Shown here: positions 33,982-43,989 of the stretch, in pieces
Numbering within the stretch: position 1 is the stretch's first letter
Layout: every line of letters starts with the position of its first letter
Source of the DNA: Oscillospiraceae bacterium
GTDB lineage: Bacteria; Bacillota; Clostridia; Oscillospirales; Ruminococcaceae
Length of the DNA stretch: 48,288 bases
Direction: 5' to 3'
Assembly (NCBI GenBank): GCA_017483145.1
Contig: JAFULT010000020.1
Coordinates: forward strand, 1-48,288
Notes under the pieces: generated by a model
Database searches by the model: none
What the model was told of the DNA's origin: nothing
What the model saw: only the letters and a program-made list of their open reading frames with translations
Made by a program: the position numbers and the translations under genes

Positions 33982-35541
33982 ATGACAAAAGACAATATTT
34001 TTATAAAAAGCACAGCAATTCTTGCCATATCCGGTATGGCGGTAAAGCTGCTGTCTGCCGCCTACCGCATACCCCTTACCCGTATGATCGGGGCAGAGGG
34101 GATGGGCAAATACTCTGCGGCCTTCAATATCTTTATGCCGTTTTTTTCGCTGGCTACAGCGGGCATCACTCCCACGGTTTCCCGCCTGCGGGCAATGCAG
34201 GATACAGCCGATATCCCTGCCTTTGTGAAAATCAGAAACAAAGCCGGCAGCCTTTTTGGCACAACATCTGCAGTCCTTGCCGTGGCGGCGCTGGCTGTCA
34301 GCTATATATACAGCAGGCATATTGATTCACCTATGATATTTTACGGGGTGTGTCTGCTGGTGCCAAATCTGCTTTTTGCCACCTTTGAAGCAATCTACAA
34401 GGGAATCAGCCAGGGCAGTCTGAATATGCTTGTAACAGCAAAAGCGGGCCTGCTGGAAAGCGGTGCAAAGGTGATTATAGGCATAACATCCGTATACCTT
34501 GCAGGAGTAATGATTAGGCAGGGGGCAGGGGATGCACAGCTTATCTGTGCCTTTGCCACAATCAGTATATGCGGGCTGATATGCCTTGTTTATATGAACA
34601 GGGATTTTGCATATAATTATAAAACCGACAGAATCAGCAACCTGGAAATAACAGCACACACATTTATGTCAATGGCTGTGCCTGTGGCAATGTCTGCCCT
34701 TGTGGTGTCCCTTTCAAATTTTGTGGATACTGTAATCTGCCTGTCTATTGTAAAGGAAATACCGGACTCCCGGCTTATGGCTGCATATCCCTTTGTCAGT
34801 TTTACTGCAGAAGATGAAAAAGCCATATGGCTTTTTGGTGTTTATCAGGGACTGTGCCTGTCGGTTACCAATCTAATCCCGTCCCTGTCTGCGGCGGTGG
34901 GGTCATCCGGCCTGCCGTTTATCACCCGCAGTATGCAGTCAGACAGTCCGTCAGCGGTGCACCGGCATACAGAAAGACTGGTGCGCATTACTGCATTTCT
35001 TGTGGTGCCTGTCAGCCTGTTTGTGGCCTTTTTCCCAAATGAAGTGCTGGTAACTCTGTATGGAGACAGGGGAGCCCAGACCCGGCTGGCCACATACTTC
35101 CTGCGTTTTATGGCGCCTGTGGCAATTCTGTCGGCATTTTCCTTTCCGCTTAATTCAATTCTCCACGCAGGCAAAAAATCTTCGTCTATTCTGAAGATTC
35201 TGCTGGTTGCCTGTGGTGTAAAGGTGATCAGCTGTACACAGCTGTGCGGTATAGGAAATATCAATATTATGGGCTGCATCATCTCACAGGCCCTGTTCCA
35301 GTGCATAGTTTTTGGTTTATCAGTTATGTCAGTAAAGAAAACAGACAAAGATTTCACTATTTTCCGCCATATTGCATTGCCTTTGGTCATATCCTATCTG
35401 CTGCTTACATTCCTGCGTATCTTTGCAGATTTTGTGCTTTATACGGTTCCCACAGTGTTCAAAACAATGTTTTGCGGTGGTATTTTTGTGGTGGTTTATG
35501 TAACAATACTGCTGTTTTTGGGATTTTTCGTTGATAAATAA
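33982..35541 (+). CDS. MOP-superfamily flippase, SpoVB/YabM-like
   Basis: Start moved to ATG 33982. About 14 TM segments. N-terminus LLSAAYRIPLTRMIGAEGMGKYSAAFNIF. Its position before mazG-yabO-yabP-yabQ-divIC matches B. subtilis yabM. Confidence 0.75.
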   Translation: MTKDNIFIKSTAILAISGMAVKLLSAAYRIPLTRMIGAEGMGKYSAAFNIFMPFFSLATAGITPTVSRLRAMQDTADIPAFVKIRNKAGSLFGTTSAVLAVAALAVSYIYSRHIDSPMIFYGVCLLVPNLLFATFEAIYKGISQGSLNMLVTAKAGLLESGAKVIIGITSVYLAGVMIRQGAGDAQLICAFATISICGLICLVYMNRDFAYNYKTDRISNLEITAHTFMSMAVPVAMSALVVSLSNFVDTVICLSIVKEIPDSRLMAAYPFVSFTAEDEKAIWLFGVYQGLCLSVTNLIPSLSAAVGSSGLPFITRSMQSDSPSAVHRHTERLVRITAFLVVPVSLFVAFFPNEVLVTLYGDRGAQTRLATYFLRFMAPVAILSAFSFPLNSILHAGKKSSSILKILLVACGVKVISCTQLCGIGNINIMGCIISQALFQCIVFGLSVMSVKKTDKDFTIFRHIALPLVISYLLLTFLRIFADFVLYTVPTVFKTMFCGGIFVVVYVTILLFLGFFVDK

Positions 35542-35583
35542 CTCTCCGGGTGCTAAAATATTCCTGTAAAGGAGATTGCACTT

Positions 35584-36375
35584 ATGGAATTTACTAGAAA
35601 AGATTTTTATACAATAGAAGACCTGCTCAGAATCGTGGAAATGCTGCGCGACCCACAGGATGGCTGTGACTGGGACAAAATCCAGACACACAAATCAATC
35701 CGCAAAGACTTTATAGAAGAAACCTATGAAGCTGTGGATGCCATAGACAATGATGATAAAACATTGTTGCGTGAAGAACTGGGGGATGTTCTGCTGCAGG
35801 TTATGATGCATGCACAGATGGAAAAGGAACAGGACTCATTCGGGTTTGAAGATGTGGTAAACGACCTGGCACAGAAACTTGTACTGCGCCACCCACATGT
35901 GTTCAGCGGTCTGGCGGTAAGCGGCACAGATGAAGTGCTGTCCAACTGGGAAGCGATTAAAAACGATTCACATGGTCATAATACAGTCAGCCGGACAGTA
36001 AATGCAGTGCCACACAGTTTTCCTGCCCTGATGTATGCACAGAAAGTGCAGAAAAGGGTGGCTGCAGGCAATCTGCCCCTGCCGGACAAAAAGGCTGAAA
36101 TAGCCGCACTGCGCACATTGCTGGATGATATGGAAAAAGAAGATGGTTCTGCCACACAGCACCAGCTGGAAGACCTGCTGTTTTCAGCAGTAAATCTTGT
36201 GCGTCTCAACAAAATGGATTCAGAGCAGGTTCTGCGCGAAAAAAGCAGGAATTTTGTAAAAATATTTAATAAATTTGAAAATTTGGCATTGCAAAAGGGT
36301 CTTTCATTTGATACAATAGAATTCGCTCTGTTAAAAGAACTATGGATTCAGGCTGAAGGGCCTGGTGAGAATTAA
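35584..36375 (+). CDS. mazG: Nucleoside triphosphate pyrophosphohydrolase MazG
   Basis: 263 aa with an AAGGAG RBS. Contains CDWDKIQTHKSIRKDFIEETYEAVDAI and EELGDVLLQVMMHAQM (MazG EExxE/D motifs), with a duplicated domain. Confidence 0.9.
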   Translation: MEFTRKDFYTIEDLLRIVEMLRDPQDGCDWDKIQTHKSIRKDFIEETYEAVDAIDNDDKTLLREELGDVLLQVMMHAQMEKEQDSFGFEDVVNDLAQKLVLRHPHVFSGLAVSGTDEVLSNWEAIKNDSHGHNTVSRTVNAVPHSFPALMYAQKVQKRVAAGNLPLPDKKAEIAALRTLLDDMEKEDGSATQHQLEDLLFSAVNLVRLNKMDSEQVLREKSRNFVKIFNKFENLALQKGLSFDTIEFALLKELWIQAEGPGEN

Positions 36376-36400
36376 AATATAATCGGAGGATTTTACAGAT

Positions 36401-36676
36401 ATGACAAAAGCAGATCTTATCGCACTTGTTAGCGAAAAAGCAGAACTCACAAAGAAAGATTCAGAAAAAGCAGTTGCAGCTGTTATCGATGCAATCACAG
36501 AAACACTTTCCAACGGCGAAAAAGTAAGCATTGTTGGTTTCGGCACATTTGAAGTAAAAGAAAGAGCTGAAAGAATGGGTCACAACCCACAGACAGGCGA
36601 ACCAATGGCTATCGCTGCAAGCAAAGCACCAGTATTCAAAGCTGGCACAGCACTGAAAAACGCTGTAAACAAATAA
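36401..36676 (+). CDS. hup: DNA-binding protein HU
   Basis: 91 aa. [69 protein letters not shown] is canonical HU. Confidence 0.95.
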   Translation: MTKADLIALVSEKAELTKKDSEKAVAAVIDAITETLSNGEKVSIVGFGTFEVKERAERMGHNPQTGEPMAIAASKAPVFKAGTALKNAVNK

Positions 36677-36759
36677 TCTGATTTTCATTCCTGCCGGTGC
36701 AATTGCATCGGCAGTTTTTATATGATACAATAAATCAAAACAGTATATCAGAGGTAAAT

Positions 36760-37005
36760 ATGAGAATAGATAAATTTTTAAAGGTCTCCCGCCTTATCAA
36801 AAGACGCACTGTTGCCAACGAAGTTGCAGACGCAGGCCGTATTATTGTAAACGGACGCGAGGTAAAAGCATCATATCAGGTTAAAATCGGTGACGAGATA
36901 CAGATTATGTTTGGTACAAAGCCTGTAAAGGTAAAGGTCTTGTCAGTTGAAAATGTGGTCAGCAAAGACGGTGCAAGGGAAATGTACACAGTAATTGAAG
37001 AATAA
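36760..37005 (+). CDS. S4-domain RNA-binding protein (YabO/Hsp15-like)
   Basis: Start moved to ATG 36760 (GAGGT RBS). MRIDKFLKVSRLIKRRTVANEVADAGRIIVNGREVKAS is an S4 domain. Confidence 0.85.
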   Translation: MRIDKFLKVSRLIKRRTVANEVADAGRIIVNGREVKASYQVKIGDEIQIMFGTKPVKVKVLSVENVVSKDGAREMYTVIEE

Positions 37006-37047
37006 TTTATCCTTATCGGGCATATATTTTCACAGAGGGGGAATATT

Positions 37048-37320
37048 ATGTCCGATAAAACATTGTTACAACATACAGTTACAATAGAAAACAGGGAAAA
37101 AATGTCTGTCAGCGGTGTAAAACAGGTGATAGCCTATGATGAATTCAGAATCAGCCTGCGCACTGATTACGGCACATTGCTTATACAGGGCAGAGGTCTG
37201 ACGGCCGGGGAAATCAGCACCAGTGCCAATACAATGACGCTTGCCGGCAAAATAGAAAGCCTGCAGTACAAAGCTGCAAGGGACAAAAGCGAAAGCTTTT
37301 TGTCAAGAATAATGAAATGA
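37048..37320 (+). CDS. yabP: Sporulation protein YabP
   Basis: 90 aa with an AGGGGG RBS. Contains ENREKMSVSGVKQVIAYDEFRISLRTDYGTLLIQGRGL. Conserved position. Confidence 0.8.
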   Translation: MSDKTLLQHTVTIENREKMSVSGVKQVIAYDEFRISLRTDYGTLLIQGRGLTAGEISTSANTMTLAGKIESLQYKAARDKSESFLSRIMK

Positions 37321-37775
37321 TTTTTGAAGTACAGAGTTACAGTTTTATATTTCAGGACCGGATATATTCCCTTGCCATAGGTTTTGTCACAGGCTTTGTC
37401 AACCAGCTGCTGGCTGTTTTCCTGTACAAAGGCAAAGTGAAAATTTTTATAAGGGATATTCTTATCAGTCTGTTTTTTACGGTTCTGATATTCAGTTACA
37501 GCGTTTCATTTGCCAATTACAAAATTCTCCGCTGGTACAATGTTCTCTTTGCCCTGGCAGGTGCGGTGCTTTTCACACCCTGTTTTTCCACAGCCGGCAA
37601 TCTGCTGCTGTCTCTTGCCGGGGTTACTGTCAGGCACGGTGCAAAGAAAACTGCAGCTGCTGCCAGTGAAAGAATTCAGATTTTCAGACAGAAAAAAATT
37701 GTGAAAAATCAAAAAATTACACAAAAAAACAGTCCCGAAGTATTGAAACGGGACGAGGTATTGTTGTATAATTAA
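37317..37775 (+). CDS. yabQ: Spore cortex biosynthesis protein YabQ-like membrane protein
   Basis: 152 aa with an ATGA overlap onto the yabP stop and 4 TM segments. The call rests mainly on conserved gene order. Confidence 0.6.
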   Translation: MIFEVQSYSFIFQDRIYSLAIGFVTGFVNQLLAVFLYKGKVKIFIRDILISLFFTVLIFSYSVSFANYKILRWYNVLFALAGAVLFTPCFSTAGNLLLSLAGVTVRHGAKKTAAAASERIQIFRQKKIVKNQKITQKNSPEVLKRDEVLLYN

Positions 37776-37817
37776 AGTTACAAAAATGTTTTTGTTAATT
37801 AAATGGGGGTGATTGAG

Positions 37818-38102
37818 ATGCAGAATTTACTGAAAAAAATCAGACTGCGTTCTGTTTTGTTTCTGCTGGTAATAGTGTATCTTACTGTCAATCTCATCTC
37901 CGCCCAGTTTGAACTGATGACAAAAAAACAGGAACTGGCCAATGTACAGACACAGAAAGAAAGACTGGAACTGGAAGTGGCAGACACAGAAAGCCTGCTG
38001 GAAGAAGACCAGGACGAAGTTTATATCGAACGCATTGCAAGGGAAAGACTTGGCTATGCCAACCCGGGCGAAAAGGTTTATATAGACATCCAGTCTGAAT
38101 AA
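37818..38102 (+). CDS. divIC: Septum formation initiator (DivIC/FtsB family)
   Basis: Start at ATG 37818 (GGGGGTGA RBS). One TM followed by a coiled coil (QKERLELEVADTESL). C-terminal ERIARERLGYANPGEKVY is the family signature. Confidence 0.8.
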   Translation: MQNLLKKIRLRSVLFLLVIVYLTVNLISAQFELMTKKQELANVQTQKERLELEVADTESLLEEDQDEVYIERIARERLGYANPGEKVYIDIQSE

Positions 38103-38113
38103 TATAAAAATAT

Positions 38114-38140
38114 ACAGGGAGCATGGCTCCCTGTTTTTTT
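38114..38140. terminator. Bidirectional terminator between divIC and the convergent lipoprotein gene
   Basis: cagggagc-atg-gctccctg followed by TTTTTTT. Confidence 0.7.
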
Positions 38141-39269
38141 ATCTGTAATCAATACTGCTGGATATATATCTGAACCGGGGATTGCCGTTTATATAATCCT
38201 CACATTTTACATAGGCATACACGTTGTCAGCCCTTTCATACAGGGCCTTGCCTATGTAAATTGTCTGCTGTCCTATGGTGACAAGGTAATAGTCCCCGGC
38301 TTTGCCGTAGATAAATCCTTCCATATTTACCGGTGTTATTTCTCCGGTGTCTGTATTGTACATATGTCTGCTTTCTGTAAAATTCTCTGTGTGACTTGCC
38401 ACATACAGAATATTACTGTCACTATGGTGATATTCAGCCCTGTAATTTTTTAAATCTGCAGGGTCGTTTTCAAATATTTTTATTTCTGAAAGCTGTCCGG
38501 TATCCATATCATAAATCACAAGACTGCCGGGCACCAGGTAGTAATTATACAGTTTTCCTTTTGCAAAGAACCAGGGATAGCGTCCGGCTTCAGCCAGTCT
38601 GGTGTGTTCATATGTGGTCATATCAATGCTTTCCAGATAAGATATATAATCATCGCCGTGGACTATATTCACATTTACTATCAGCTGGTTTTTCCATGCA
38701 CCTATGATTTGGAAAGGTGCATCGCACAGCCTTTCTGTCTCAAAAGTGTCTGTATCCAGCCTGTACAGCCCCATATCCGGGATAAGTTCATTTTCGTTCT
38801 GAACATACTGGGCGGCCCTGAAATACAGGTCCTTGCCGTCGTGTACAAACCGGCCGATTGCAGGGCGGAAAAGCCTGTCGAAACTGTGCTTTTTAATCAG
38901 TTTGCCATCTTCTGAAAATTTATACAGTACATCACTCTCTGTTTCAGACGGGTCTCCGTTACGGCTGCTGCATCCGAAAAAATAAACACAATCATTAAAA
39001 CTGATAAGGTTTGTATATCCGTTTGTCTGTGCCGGCGCTATTGTCATATCTCCCTTTACTGTGCGTGTGCCGCTGGCTATATCTATATACAGTATATCCA
39101 CAGAATTGTCCATATGACGCATAGCTTCATATGCACCCTCTTCAGTAAAGGTGAAGTTGCTTATATACTGAGTCAGAAAAGTATAGTTTTTGCTGCCCTG
39201 CACCGGTGGCTGACCCGCTGTACAGGCGGTAAATATGACAGCAATCAATAATAACATAAACTTTTTCAT
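38139..39269 (-). CDS. Lipoprotein, function unknown
   Basis: 376 aa with an AGAGGTGA RBS. Signal peptide with lipobox FTAC. Rich in Tyr/Asp/Gly. No motif recognised. Confidence 0.6.
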   Translation of the reverse strand: MKKFMLLLIAVIFTACTAGQPPVQGSKNYTFLTQYISNFTFTEEGAYEAMRHMDNSVDILYIDIASGTRTVKGDMTIAPAQTNGYTNLISFNDCVYFFGCSSRNGDPSETESDVLYKFSEDGKLIKKHSFDRLFRPAIGRFVHDGKDLYFRAAQYVQNENELIPDMGLYRLDTDTFETERLCDAPFQIIGAWKNQLIVNVNIVHGDDYISYLESIDMTTYEHTRLAEAGRYPWFFAKGKLYNYYLVPGSLVIYDMDTGQLSEIKIFENDPADLKNYRAEYHHSDSNILYVASHTENFTESRHMYNTDTGEITPVNMEGFIYGKAGDYYLVTIGQQTIYIGKALYERADNVYAYVKCEDYINGNPRFRYISSSIDYR

Positions 39270-39390
39270 CTCATCACCTCTGTCTGTATTATACCATTAC
39301 ATATAAGGATAATTATTAATGATGTGTAAATATAAAGTGACAATAATGTCATATTGAAAAAAGCCACCCGTGCGGGTGGCTTTATATGTT

Positions 39391-40320
39391 TTACTGTTTC
39401 TGTGCGGCAGTGCTGTGGAGATATTCCTTGAACTTGTCGCCGTCAAATTTTGTTACAACAGTTACATTATGTGGTTCCTTGCTGTCAAAATCGTAAACAA
39501 TCTGACCATAACCAGGTTCAGATTTTGTTTCACAGCGTGCTGTACAGGTGCGCTGTTCCAGTACCACACCTTCACACAGGGCAGCTGCAACAGCTGTCGG
39601 GTCAGGCTGGCTGATAATATCCTTGTCATAGAAATCAATATTGAACTGCAGCAGTTTCTGGTTGGCCTTTACGATAAAGTCACCGAACTGTGTGCCGTAG
39701 CTCAGCAGTTTTTCCCTGTCTTCTTTTGTCACTTCTGCAACGCCGTAACAGGCATCCAGCGGAACAAATGTTACAGGAATACCGCTCTGCAGCACAATGT
39801 CACAGCTTTCTGCGTCTACCCAGATGTTGTATTCAGCATTTGGGGTAACAGGGTTTGGCATTCTGTACTGGCCGCCCATTGTCCATATGCGTTTCACGCG
39901 TTTCATAGCTTCAAGATTCAGCATTACTGCCATGGCAATATTGGTCATAGGTCCAAGAGTGATGATTTCCAGATCATCATATTTCAGTGCCATTTCAATT
40001 ATTTTGTCCACTGCGTGGCCAGGTGTGAACGGCAGTGTTGTTTTTGACAGACCCACGTCAGACAGCCCGTCTTTGCCGTGTGCATTTTCCCCTGTCATAG
40101 GTGCACGCCACAGCGGTTTTGTCATACCTGTGTAAACAGGCGGCTGTTCTCTGTTTGCAATTTCCACAGCTACACGGCCGTTTACATTGGCAGTTGCGTG
40201 GTCCAGAACGCCTGCGCAGATTGTAATGGCTTCCACAACACAGCCAGGGTCACGGAGAGCCAGTATGCACGCAACCAGGTCGTCACTGGCGGCGTCTGTA
40301 TCTATAATAAATCTTCTCAT
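39391..40320 (-). CDS. Nucleoside hydrolase (IUNH family)
   Basis: 309 aa with a GGAGG RBS. Motifs IIDTDAASDDLVA (the DxDxxxDD cluster) and GGQYRMPNPVTPNAEYNIWVDAES. Confidence 0.8.
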   Translation of the reverse strand: MRRFIIDTDAASDDLVACILALRDPGCVVEAITICAGVLDHATANVNGRVAVEIANREQPPVYTGMTKPLWRAPMTGENAHGKDGLSDVGLSKTTLPFTPGHAVDKIIEMALKYDDLEIITLGPMTNIAMAVMLNLEAMKRVKRIWTMGGQYRMPNPVTPNAEYNIWVDAESCDIVLQSGIPVTFVPLDACYGVAEVTKEDREKLLSYGTQFGDFIVKANQKLLQFNIDFYDKDIISQPDPTAVAAALCEGVVLEQRTCTARCETKSEPGYGQIVYDFDSKEPHNVTVVTKFDGDKFKEYLHSTAAQKQ

Positions 40321-40332
40321 ATTTACCTCCGT

Positions 40333-41061
40333 TTATTTAACAGCAGTTACAACTGTGTGTCTTTTGCCTGTGGCTCTGAAACCATTGATAGGGTTCTGGC
40401 CTGCAAGGTCAATTATTGTCTGTCCGCGTGTAAAACCTATGCCTGTGTCCATAGTCAGGAATGCATCCCAGGTTTCACATTCTGCACCCAGCACAACATC
40501 CACAGCAGTCATTGGCAGATTGTCGGTAATATGAGCCGGAATAAGTGTCAGGTCAATGCCTGCCCTGAACACTGTTTCTGCAGCTTCCACGTCTGCCAGA
40601 ATATTGTGCTGTGATGTAGGTGTGGTTGTCTGATAACCCAGCAGGGCACCGCCTGCAATATATATTCTCTTTACTTTTGCCATAGCTTCTTCATCTTTCA
40701 GAATGGCAAGTGCCACATTTGACAGTGTGCCCAGACAGAGAATTTCCAGGTCTTCCACTTCTTTTGCGCTGTCAATAAGGAAGTTTACAGCGTGCTTTTC
40801 TTCAAATCTGTGTTCTGTTTCTGCAGGTGGGCAGGTTTTGCCTGCAATATAGTCTTTCAGCAGCAGAGGGCGCTGTGCACCCTTGAACACAGGTACATCA
40901 CTTACAGCTTTTACAGCGTTGATATTCAGATTGCACAGGTCATCATAATTTTCCACGTCCGGTGACACTGTAACCCCCAGAATATTCAGCTCTTTGTTTT
41001 CAAGTGCCTTTACAAGGGCATCCTGTCCCAAAGAAGCAATATCTACGATAAGGTTTTTCAT
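40333..41061 (-). CDS. Nucleoside hydrolase-like protein, short and with a degenerate Asp cluster (possibly non-catalytic)
   Basis: 242 aa with an AAGGAGG RBS. The core LCLGTLSNVALAI...IYIAGGALLGYQTTTPTSQHNILADVEAAETVF aligns with IUNH. The N-terminal motif is VDIASLGQDALV instead of DxDxxxDD, and about 60 C-terminal residues are missing. Confidence 0.6.
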   Translation of the reverse strand: MKNLIVDIASLGQDALVKALENKELNILGVTVSPDVENYDDLCNLNINAVKAVSDVPVFKGAQRPLLLKDYIAGKTCPPAETEHRFEEKHAVNFLIDSAKEVEDLEILCLGTLSNVALAILKDEEAMAKVKRIYIAGGALLGYQTTTPTSQHNILADVEAAETVFRAGIDLTLIPAHITDNLPMTAVDVVLGAECETWDAFLTMDTGIGFTRGQTIIDLAGQNPINGFRATGKRHTVVTAVK

Positions 41062-41197
41062 TATAGCCTCCTTGTATTGTTTGATTCAAAACGGTTATAC
41101 CTATGTTTATAGTAACATTTTGCCGATAAAAAAAGCAAGGAAAGCCCACGGCTCTCCCTGCTGAAAAATATACAGTTTTTATGTGCAATATCTCTAA

Positions 41198-42154
41198 TTA
41201 TGCCACCCACATATACAGCGGCACACCTGCCAGCTGTGAGTTGGCCATTTTGTTCAGACTTTCCACTTCGTTTTCCGGCATAATGTCTTCCATTTTGTAG
41301 AAAAGATAGTCAAACAATGTGGCGCCGGATGGGAAATATACTTCATAGCCTTCCACACCTGTGGTGTCTTCCATATAGGACAGTGCATCCTCCCAGCCTT
41401 CCACAGCATCAACCAGACCGTTTTCCAGGGCCTGTTCTGCTGTGTATACACGGCCGTCTGCCAGTTTTTTCACGGTTTCAATATCCATATTCCTTGCTTT
41501 GGAAACAATGTCTGTAAATGTGGCATAGCTGTCATCAACCAGAGACTGGTATATAGCCCTCTGTTCGTCTGTCAGAGTGCCTGCAGCGCTGCCCATACCT
41601 TTGTTGTCACCTGTTGAAATGATAATTTCTTCCAGCCCCAGCTTGTCATACAGACCTTTCATATTTGTGTATGAAAGGATAACGCCGATAGAGCCTGTCC
41701 AGCAGTTGCGGTTGGCAGAAATATAGTCTGCGGCACAGGAAATATAATAGGCACCGGAGGCAGCTGTCTGTTCAAAATATGCGTGTATCGGTCTGCCGGT
41801 CACTTCTTTGTATTCCATCAGTTTCAGATAGAATTCATCAGAATGATATACAGTGCCGCCACCGCTGTTTACCTTCAGCAGAATGCCGTGGTTTGATTCA
41901 TCTTCAATAAGACTGTCTACATAATCCATCAGATTTGCGTGATTGTAGCTGTAGGAATCAACAGGGGAGTCCGGGCTGGCCTGGATTGTGCCCGAAATTG
42001 TAAGCACTGCAAAGCTTTCTTCCGGCATTTCATCATAGTATTCACCGCTGCCGCCGCTTATTACAGCGCCCATACAGCTGGCCATTAAAAATACAAACAC
42101 AAGACATAAGGCTATAAAAGCGATCAGTCTGTTTCTTTTTTTGCTGTTTTCCAT
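41198..42154 (-). CDS. sppA: Signal peptide peptidase SppA (S49 family, 36K type)
   Basis: Start moved to ATG 42154 (GGAG RBS). N-terminal TM. Contains NSGGGTVY and AASGAYYISCAADYISANRNCWTGSIGV (catalytic Ser context). Confidence 0.8.
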   Translation of the reverse strand: MENSKKRNRLIAFIALCLVFVFLMASCMGAVISGGSGEYYDEMPEESFAVLTISGTIQASPDSPVDSYSYNHANLMDYVDSLIEDESNHGILLKVNSGGGTVYHSDEFYLKLMEYKEVTGRPIHAYFEQTAASGAYYISCAADYISANRNCWTGSIGVILSYTNMKGLYDKLGLEEIIISTGDNKGMGSAAGTLTDEQRAIYQSLVDDSYATFTDIVSKARNMDIETVKKLADGRVYTAEQALENGLVDAVEGWEDALSYMEDTTGVEGYEVYFPSGATLFDYLFYKMEDIMPENEVESLNKMANSQLAGVPLYMWVA

Positions 42155-42262
42155 AATATACTCCGTAATTTTATTTATGACTATATTATATCCTAAAATC
42201 ACGTTTTTTCAATGTTATATATGTGAAATAACAATACCCCGGCAAAAACCGGGGTAAATCTG

Positions 42263-43015
42263 TTATTTAAGAAACGCGCTGTATGCTGTTTTGAAAGCAA
42301 TATCAATTGATTTGTGAACATTTGCTTCGTTCATAACATTTACACCGGTGATTGTAATGCCGCCACGGCCTGCAATTTTGCCCAGCAGCAGTTCATAATC
42401 ACCCATTTCCATTGCGGATTTAAATGTTTTTTCCACAATTTCCTGGCCGACTTCACGGTCAATGCCCAGATTTTCTGCAGTATTGATAAAGCAGTTGAGA
42501 ATATATGCGGCGTAGCACAGACCACAGGCTGCAAGGGCAGTCAGGGAAGTGAGTTCGCTTTCTTCACATTCAATGATTGTGCCCACTTTGCGGAACATTG
42601 CCTTGATTTCTTCCTTGTTGTCTGCCTCGCCGTCAAAACATACGCCCACGATGGAAACACCGTTTTCGGCGGCAAGTGTAGGAATAACCCTAACCACCTG
42701 CTGTGTCGGGAATTTCTGTTTCAGGGCATCCATTTTTACTTCAGCCATACAGCTGATAATGATTTTGCCGTCAAAATCATACTGTGACATGTCCATATCC
42801 ACAAAAGGCTGTTTGGGAATTGCAAAAATAATCACATCACTGCAGGCAACAAGGTCTTTTATTTCCTTTGCGTCAATGCCCATTGCAACGGCCCTGTCCA
42901 CGGCACGCTGATTCATGTCGTAAACAACTATATCTTCTTTGGCAGTGCCGCCCTTTATAAGACCGGTTGTCAGGCTTTTGCCCATATCACCAAAACCAAT
43001 TATACCTTTTTTCAT
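42263..43015 (-). CDS. Pyrroline-5-carboxylate reductase-family NAD(P)-dependent oxidoreductase
   Basis: 250 aa with an AGAGGG RBS. N-terminal Rossmann IGFGDMGKSL and ProC-like overall layout. Assignment is tentative. Confidence 0.5.
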   Translation of the reverse strand: MKKGIIGFGDMGKSLTTGLIKGGTAKEDIVVYDMNQRAVDRAVAMGIDAKEIKDLVACSDVIIFAIPKQPFVDMDMSQYDFDGKIIISCMAEVKMDALKQKFPTQQVVRVIPTLAAENGVSIVGVCFDGEADNKEEIKAMFRKVGTIIECEESELTSLTALAACGLCYAAYILNCFINTAENLGIDREVGQEIVEKTFKSAMEMGDYELLLGKIAGRGGITITGVNVMNEANVHKSIDIAFKTAYSAFLK

Positions 43016-43107
43016 ATAAGCCCTCTTGTTCCGATAAAAAAATATTATATTTAAATTATATTATGCCGATATATAAAATGCAATAGTCTGAAAATAACGG
43101 TTGCCTA

Positions 43108-43881
43108 TCATATGTATATTTCGCTTTCGGCATAAAGCACAGCCTTGCCGGCAATTTTCACCCTGTCACCACACATTGTGCAGTACAGCTGCCCGCCTCT
43201 TGCAGATGCCTGATAGGCAAATATTTTATCTTTGCCTTTTGCACCTGCCCAGTAAGGAACAATATGGCAGTGTCCGCTGCCACACACAGGATCTTCATTT
43301 ATTTTCAGCTTCGGTGCAAAGGAGCGGGATACACAGTCGTAATCCTTGCCCTGTGCGGTGACGTGCAGCAATGTTCCGTCCAGCTGCAGCACCTTTTCCA
43401 TATCCGGCGCCATATTTCTTACAACGTACTCATCCTCAATCACGCACAGCAGGTCTCTGCCCATAAAGGCTGCCACAGGCTTTACGCCTAACACATCTGT
43501 CATCAGCTGTGTTACTTCCACAGGCTTCAGGTCGTAGGCAGGAAAATCCATTTCCAGCAGGTCATCTTTTCGGTTTACAGTCAGCTGACCGCTCATAGTA
43601 TCAAACACTATCTGCTGTTTGTCCTGTTCGTAAAATCTGAACAGGGTATAGGCTGTGGCCAGGGTGGCGTGGCCGCACAGGTCAATTTCTCCACCCGGTG
43701 TAAACCAGCGCAGATGGTAGTTTTCTCCTGTTTTTACAGTAAAGGCTGTTTCTGAAAGATTGTTTTCAATTGCTATTTTCTGCATTGTTTCCTCCGGCAG
43801 CCAGCAGTCCATCACACATACTGCTGCAGGGTTGCCGCCAAAAACCTTGTCTGTAAATGCATCCACTGTATACTGTTTCAT
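43108..43881 (-). CDS. PhzF-family isomerase-like protein
   Basis: Start moved to ATG 43881 (GGAGA RBS). Contains VDAFTDKVFGGNPAAV, NLSETAF, LRWFTPGGEIDLCGHATLA and GSGHC. Confidence 0.8.
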   Translation of the reverse strand: MKQYTVDAFTDKVFGGNPAAVCVMDCWLPEETMQKIAIENNLSETAFTVKTGENYHLRWFTPGGEIDLCGHATLATAYTLFRFYEQDKQQIVFDTMSGQLTVNRKDDLLEMDFPAYDLKPVEVTQLMTDVLGVKPVAAFMGRDLLCVIEDEYVVRNMAPDMEKVLQLDGTLLHVTAQGKDYDCVSRSFAPKLKINEDPVCGSGHCHIVPYWAGAKGKDKIFAYQASARGGQLYCTMCGDRVKIAGKAVLYAESEIYI

Positions 43882-43989
43882 AATAATTCTCCGATCATAA
43901 TTATATTTCAATTATATAACCGGCCGGATAAAATGGCAACAGAAAAGCGGCAAACCCTCCCTTGGAGTGATCCGCCGCCCATCAACAGG

